This document shows, piece by piece, positions 27,767 to 32,423 of a DNA stretch of 32,423 nt; within the stretch, counting starts at the first letter, position 1, and each line of letters opens with the position of its first letter. The notes beneath the pieces are model-generated. The model did not search any database. It saw only the letters and a list, made by a program, of their open reading frames with translations, and had not been told where the DNA came from. A program made the position numbers and the translations under genes. Source of the DNA: an uncultured Verrucomicrobiae bacterium (GTDB lineage Bacteria > Verrucomicrobiota > Verrucomicrobiia > Chthoniobacterales > JAFAMB01); contig CAWEXO010000007.1 in assembly GCA_963813025.1 (NCBI GenBank), positions 1 to 32,423 of the forward strand, given 5' to 3'.

Positions 27767-28739
27767 ATGCGAAATCCGAAGTTTTCCCGGCGAAGTCCGA
27801 ATCGTTTTTTGGCCGCATGAAGGAGGAGTGGCGTCAATACGTCATCTATTTGGGATTTGTAGTCATTTTCATTTTTTTCTCGCTTACCTTGAGCGACAAG
27901 GGGTTTCTCGATCCTAACAACCTGCTCAATATTGTCCGCCAAACCACGATGATCGCCGTCATGGCGGTCGCGATGACGTTTGTTTTGTCCTCAGGTGAGA
28001 TTGATCTGGCGATCGGGGCTACTGCCGGGCTGGTCTCAGTCACCACCGCGATGTCGCTTGCAAAGTTCGGTCTCATCGGTGGCATTGTTGGGGGACTGCT
28101 GACTGGTGTTGTGGTCGGTCTAATCAACGGACTTTTGACGACCAGGGTTGGTATTCCGTCCTTTCTGGTGACCCTCGCCATGATGGGAATCGCCCGGGGG
28201 ACAGCCATGTGGGTCAGCAACACCGCCGCTATTCCGATTCTCGATAAGACCTACTATTTCACCTTTGGTTCCGGGAATGTTGGTCCGGTGCCGATTTTGT
28301 TAATATGGGCTCTGGTGGCCGCAGTGATCGGTCATATTGCGCTTCGAAAAACAACATTTGGAAGAAAGGTGTTGGCCACTGGGGGAAGCGAAACTGCGGC
28401 AAGATTTACTGGCATTAAGACACACGATATCAAGCTGCAGGTGCTGATTATTTCGAGCGTTGCCGCGGCGATTGCTGGAATGCTTTATGCCGGGCGTCTT
28501 CATCTGGCCGGTTCCAACTTGGTGAAGGTGATGAGTTGTCCGTCATTGCTGCGGCCGTGCTGGGAGGCACCAGCCTGTTCGGAGGTTTTGGTTCAGTCAT
28601 CGGATCTATTGTTGGCGCGCTGATGATCGGTCTAATTAACAATGGGTTGATTTTGATGGGACTTGAGTTCAGCCAACAATTGATCGCTCGCGGAGTTATC
28701 ATCATCCTGGCCGTGATGGTAGCGAGATCGCGCCGCTGA
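27763..28739 (+). pseudogene. Sugar ABC permease (RbsC-like) with a single-base frameshift near 28504 (possibly a sequencing error)
   Basis: GEIDLAIG, IPSFLVTL, FGRKVLATGG; ELSVIAAAVLGGTSLFGG follows in the other frame; catct instead of cattct. Confidence 0.85.
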
Positions 28740-28756
28740 TCGGAATTCCATTGCGT

Positions 28757-29914
28757 ATGAAGCGAAAACTGAGAGCTGGCATGGTGGGCGGGGGTCGAGA
28801 CGGGTTCATCGGTGGAGTTCATCGCATGGCGATGCGACTCGACGGGGAAATCGAATTGGTCGCTGGCGCATTCTCGTCGGACCCCCAGAAATCGAAACTC
28901 TCCGGCGAGGACTTGCTGCTGGACCCCAGACGCGTCTACGCGGACTACCGCACAATGGCCACAGAAGAAAGTGCATTGCCGGCTGGTGAACGGATAGATT
29001 TTGTTTCGGTAGTGACTCCCAATCGGACTCATGTGCCTGTGGCTAAGACGTTCCTGGAAACCGGGTTTAACGTTGTCTGCGATAAGCCACTGGCTTTCGA
29101 TCTTGGAGAAGCCCGTGGGCTGCGCGACGTGGTCAGGAAGACAGCCAAGGTGTTCGCATTGACGCACAATTACACAGGCTACCCGATGGTGAAGGAAGCG
29201 CGCGAGCTGGTTCGGAGTGGTGAACTTGGCGAAATACTGAAGGTGGTTGCCGAATATCCGCAAGGCTGGCTCAGCAAGCCGATCGACGAGGAGGGACAGA
29301 AACAAGCGTCATGGCGGACGGACCCGCAGCAAGCCGGGGCCGCAGGGTGTATTGGTGATATCGGGACGCACGCCGAAAATCTCGGTAGATACATCACCGG
29401 CCTGCAGATCGATGAGCTGTGCGCCGAGTTCACTTCGTTTGTCAAAGGGCGACAGCTCGAAGATGATGCTAATTTGCTCATTCGGTATAAAGGCGGGGCG
29501 AAAGGTGTATTGAGCGCCTCGCAAATTTCGGTCGGCGAAGAGAACGATTTGAACATCCGGGTGTATGGAACAAAAGCCTCACTGGAATGGCATCAGGAAG
29601 ATCCTAACGAACTAGTCGTCAAGTATGTCGACAAACCACGACGCACCTATCGGCGCGGCAATGAATATGTGAGCGATATCGCAAGACGGTTCACTCGCTT
29701 GCCTTCTGGTCATCCGGAAGCTTTTGTTGAGGCTTTTGCGAACATTTATGTCGAGGCAGTCCGCGCTATAGAAGCGGAAGTCGACGGCCGGACTATTCCT
29801 GGCGATTGCGATTTTCCAACCGTCGATGATGGGGTCGAAGGGATGGCGTTCATCGCAACCGCGGTCCAAAGCGCAAAGGGCGGCTGCGTCTGGACTAGGA
29901 TAGTAGGCACTTAA
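28757..29914 (+). CDS. Gfo/Idh/MocA-family oxidoreductase
   Basis: GMVGGG…FIGGVHR, VTPNRTH, CDKP, GDIGTHA, GHPEAF. Confidence 0.93.
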   Translation: MKRKLRAGMVGGGRDGFIGGVHRMAMRLDGEIELVAGAFSSDPQKSKLSGEDLLLDPRRVYADYRTMATEESALPAGERIDFVSVVTPNRTHVPVAKTFLETGFNVVCDKPLAFDLGEARGLRDVVRKTAKVFALTHNYTGYPMVKEARELVRSGELGEILKVVAEYPQGWLSKPIDEEGQKQASWRTDPQQAGAAGCIGDIGTHAENLGRYITGLQIDELCAEFTSFVKGRQLEDDANLLIRYKGGAKGVLSASQISVGEENDLNIRVYGTKASLEWHQEDPNELVVKYVDKPRRTYRRGNEYVSDIARRFTRLPSGHPEAFVEAFANIYVEAVRAIEAEVDGRTIPGDCDFPTVDDGVEGMAFIATAVQSAKGGCVWTRIVGT

Positions 29915-30010
29915 AAAAAAAGAGAGAGGCCCCGAAAGGATAGAGCTCGGCAACACCGGCGCGACGGACGGAAGGAGGCACATGAGCGCTCCAACGAAAG
30001 GATATTTTAA

Positions 30011-30349
30011 ATGGACCAGATGTGCACGGTCATTGCGTATTTTCATGCAAAGCCCGAAAAGCAGCAGGAGCTCGAGAAAATCCTCCAAGATTTTGTAGTG
30101 CAAACCCGGCAGGAACCCGGCTGCATTGACTATCATCTTCATCAGGGCGACGAGGATCCGAATGTGTTCGCATTCTACGAAAACTGGCGATCTCGCAGCG
30201 ATTGGGATCTCCATAACCAAAAGCCATTTCTGAAACGCTTCCTCGATGAGCAGACGGATTATTTGACGAAAGGTCTCGGGGTCAAAACCTACACGATGCG
30301 GAGTCCGTACGATAAAACCCGGCCGAAGAATCAAGTTAAGCGATCCTAA
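30011..30349 (+). CDS. Antibiotic biosynthesis monooxygenase (YgiN/putative quinol monooxygenase) family protein
   Basis: AKPEK…TRQEPGCIDYHLH…FAFYENW…H…P. Confidence 0.88.
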   Translation: MDQMCTVIAYFHAKPEKQQELEKILQDFVVQTRQEPGCIDYHLHQGDEDPNVFAFYENWRSRSDWDLHNQKPFLKRFLDEQTDYLTKGLGVKTYTMRSPYDKTRPKNQVKRS

Positions 30350-30372
30350 CCATCATCGGGAGCCGATAACTT

Positions 30373-31502
30373 ATGAAAAGAGCGAGTTTTCTAGCTTCCC
30401 TTGGCTTGGCGTTTGTATTGGTCACAGGTGTCGTAGAAGGCGTTTGTAGTCAAACCGCCGATCGAGACAAGGCGCTGGCTGCGCTCCAGGACACGATCTT
30501 GAGCAAAGGACCAAATGGGAAAGAGCCCTCTTCGGCTAGTTCCGTTAGTTTATCGGCCGAGGAGGTCGAAACAATCCGAGGACTCAAGGCAAAGGCGGCA
30601 ATCGTGATGCACTATTCACGAAACGATTGGTCGGAAGCGCAGATCGCCGGTCTCAAATCGCAATTTGACAAAATGGGAATCGAGGTCATTGCAGTAACTG
30701 ATGCTGGCTTTATAGCCGACAAGCAAGTAGCCGATATCGAGGCGGTTCTAAATAAGCATCCTCAGATAATAGTCTCTATTCCGACTGATCCCATTATCAC
30801 AGCTCCCGCTTACAAGAAGGCGAGTCAACAAGGAGTTAAACTGGTCTTTATGGACAACATTCCGCGCGGGTTCGAAGCGGGGAAAGATTATGTGAGTGTC
30901 GTCTCGGCAGACAACTACGGAAACGGTGTGGCCTCCGCTGATTTGATGGCAAAGGCTCTTCAGGGCAAGGGACAGATTGGATTAGTCTACTATGCGGCTG
31001 ACTTTTTTGTAACCCAGCAGCGCTACAAAGCATTCAAAAAGACGATTGCGGAGAATTATCCTGATATCAAGATAGTCGCTGAACAAGGTATCAGGGAACC
31101 CGACTTTTTCACTGATGCGGATCGAGCCGCTTACGCCATGCTGACGGCCAATCAAAATTTGAGCGGCATCTGGGCAGTATGGGATGTGCCCGCGGAAGGA
31201 GTGATCGCAGCGGCTCGGACCGCGGGCAGAGAGCACCTCGTTATTACCACAATCGATCTCGGGTTGACGTCGCTGTCGAAATGGCCGAGCCGGCCGGACT
31301 GGTGAAAGGCGTGGGAGCGCAACGGCCGTATGATCAAGGAGTTACCGAAGCGCTTCTGGCCGGGTACGGCCTCCTTGGGAAACCTGCTCCTGTATACGTT
31401 GCGTTGCCTGCCCTTCCGGTGACCCGGGAAAATCTACTTGATGCATGGAAGACTGTTTACCATACAGAGGCGCCGAGCAGCATTCAGAGCAGGATGAAGT
31501 AG
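30373..31502 (+). pseudogene. Second sugar ABC substrate-binding protein, paralogue of 25002-26129, frameshift near 31267 (possibly a sequencing error)
   Basis: Shared blocks KAKAAIVMHY…NDWS, GKDYVSVVSADN, GAQRPYDQ; ttgacgtc where ttgaacgtc would keep the frame. Confidence 0.85.
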
Positions 31503-31522
31503 TCGTTCGTCGCGGCACCAAC

Positions 31523-31720
31523 GATTATCTCGGGCTTGCTCACGAACTCAAGGAAGCGCTAGCCACCTACACCGAGAGCGGAGGCAAAGGAAAAACCGCT
31601 TTGGACCATGCGGAAGCTGTCCAGGTAATGCTCGAAAGTACGAGATCTGCCGCGACTTTTTCTTTTCCCTCGATTGGAGCATATGGTTGACCGGCTCGGC
31701 TGCTAAGAGGCCTCATGCCC
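31523..31720 (+). pseudogene. hsdR: Internal fragment of a type I restriction enzyme R subunit
   Basis: [38 protein letters not shown], then KYEICRDFF in a shifted frame, resembles the HsdR C-terminal region. Confidence 0.65.
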
Positions 31721-31974
31721 CCTGTCGGAAGCCGGACGCGCGCTGCGGATGCGCAGATCATCACAGGAGGTCACCGAACATGCCAAGGCGCGAAAAACTC
31801 ATCGCCATCCAAGCGAGTACATTGGCTAGCTGAGTCTTGTGCGGTATGGAACAACACCAAGCCTGGCAACTGTTCGAATTCGCGCCAGCGTCGCCAAACA
31901 ACTCGAGGCGAATCCCGAGTTGAAAGAAGCTTATCGCAAGCTGGTGAAGAACCTGCCGCTGATGCACTTGGACG

Positions 31975-32422
31975 ATCGATTCTGGCGCTTCGGAAGATGT
32001 ATTACCAGGTGAGGTCCGGAGGCCGCATCGTCGTGCAGGATTATTACTTTCCGGCGATCGACAGCCATCCTGCCATCGAACCTCTCGTTGAATTCAAGAA
32101 GGTATTCTTCGGCGTGTACGACAAGACCGGCAGCGAGACACGAATGGGGATCAAATTGCCTGGCTACTTCATCGAGGAGCGGGCGCTCGGCGTTCCCGAT
32201 GGTACAGATGTCACAGGGCTTCTCGTACCAACGCCGGCTGGCGCAGAGATGTTAGCAGCTGTGTACCGCAGCGTGCTCCCATTTGCGCTGAAACACGGTA
32301 TCACCACTGAAGAACAAAGCGTGTCGTTTTTCGAGGAAATCCGTAGAATCAGAGAGAGCCAGTACTATCTCCTTTGGCCACTACTGGTAAGTGCGTGGAG
32401 GCAGAAACCAGCCGAGGGATAG
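31975..32422 (+). pseudogene. C-terminal part of a class I SAM-dependent methyltransferase
   Basis: LALRKMYYQVRSGGRIVVQDY (post-motif II/III pattern)…WPLLVSAWRQKP; no GxGxG SAM motif upstream. Confidence 0.6.
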
Positions 32423-32423
32423 G

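Noticed and set aside
1..32423. CRISPR array, tRNA or rRNA genes, cobalamin riboswitch
   Set aside because: No regularly spaced repeats or recognisable RNA gene or B12-box motifs seen by eye; a covariance-model search would be needed to exclude them

Overview
A heavily rearranged accessory region of a GC-rich bacterium; a Verrucomicrobiota-like host is a soft inference from two protein styles only. Bases 1-21.5 kb are largely mobile-element debris: two degenerate Tn3-family elements (41-6083; 9324-12483), IS630, IS3 and IS1380 copies with recognisable ends and target duplications, an IS1380-split tyrosine recombinase, extra Tn3 IR/tnpA remnants and several gene fragments. Intact genes sit among them: a sugar-binding protein, an SDR/TetR pair and small hypotheticals. 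Bases 21.7-31.5 kb hold a sugar-catabolism operon (gluconate-2-DH subunit-3-like protein, GMC oxidoreductase, IolE-like TIM barrel, ABC importer, Gfo/Idh/MocA, ABM protein, second binding protein). The standout is a compact four-gene cysteine-rich operon at 6537-9199 between the two Tn3 elements. It encodes an ArsR (CVC) repressor with a palindromic operator, a Cys6-domain/MtrA-like corrinoid domain/DUF4346 fusion retaining the MtrA cobalt-ligand His, a secreted OB-fold-like CxxxC protein, and a membrane protein with a GCCGSP motif. It looks like an uncharacterised metal(loid)-responsive, possibly B12-dependent methyl-transfer or resistance system. All family calls are from motif recognition by eye; no searches were run.
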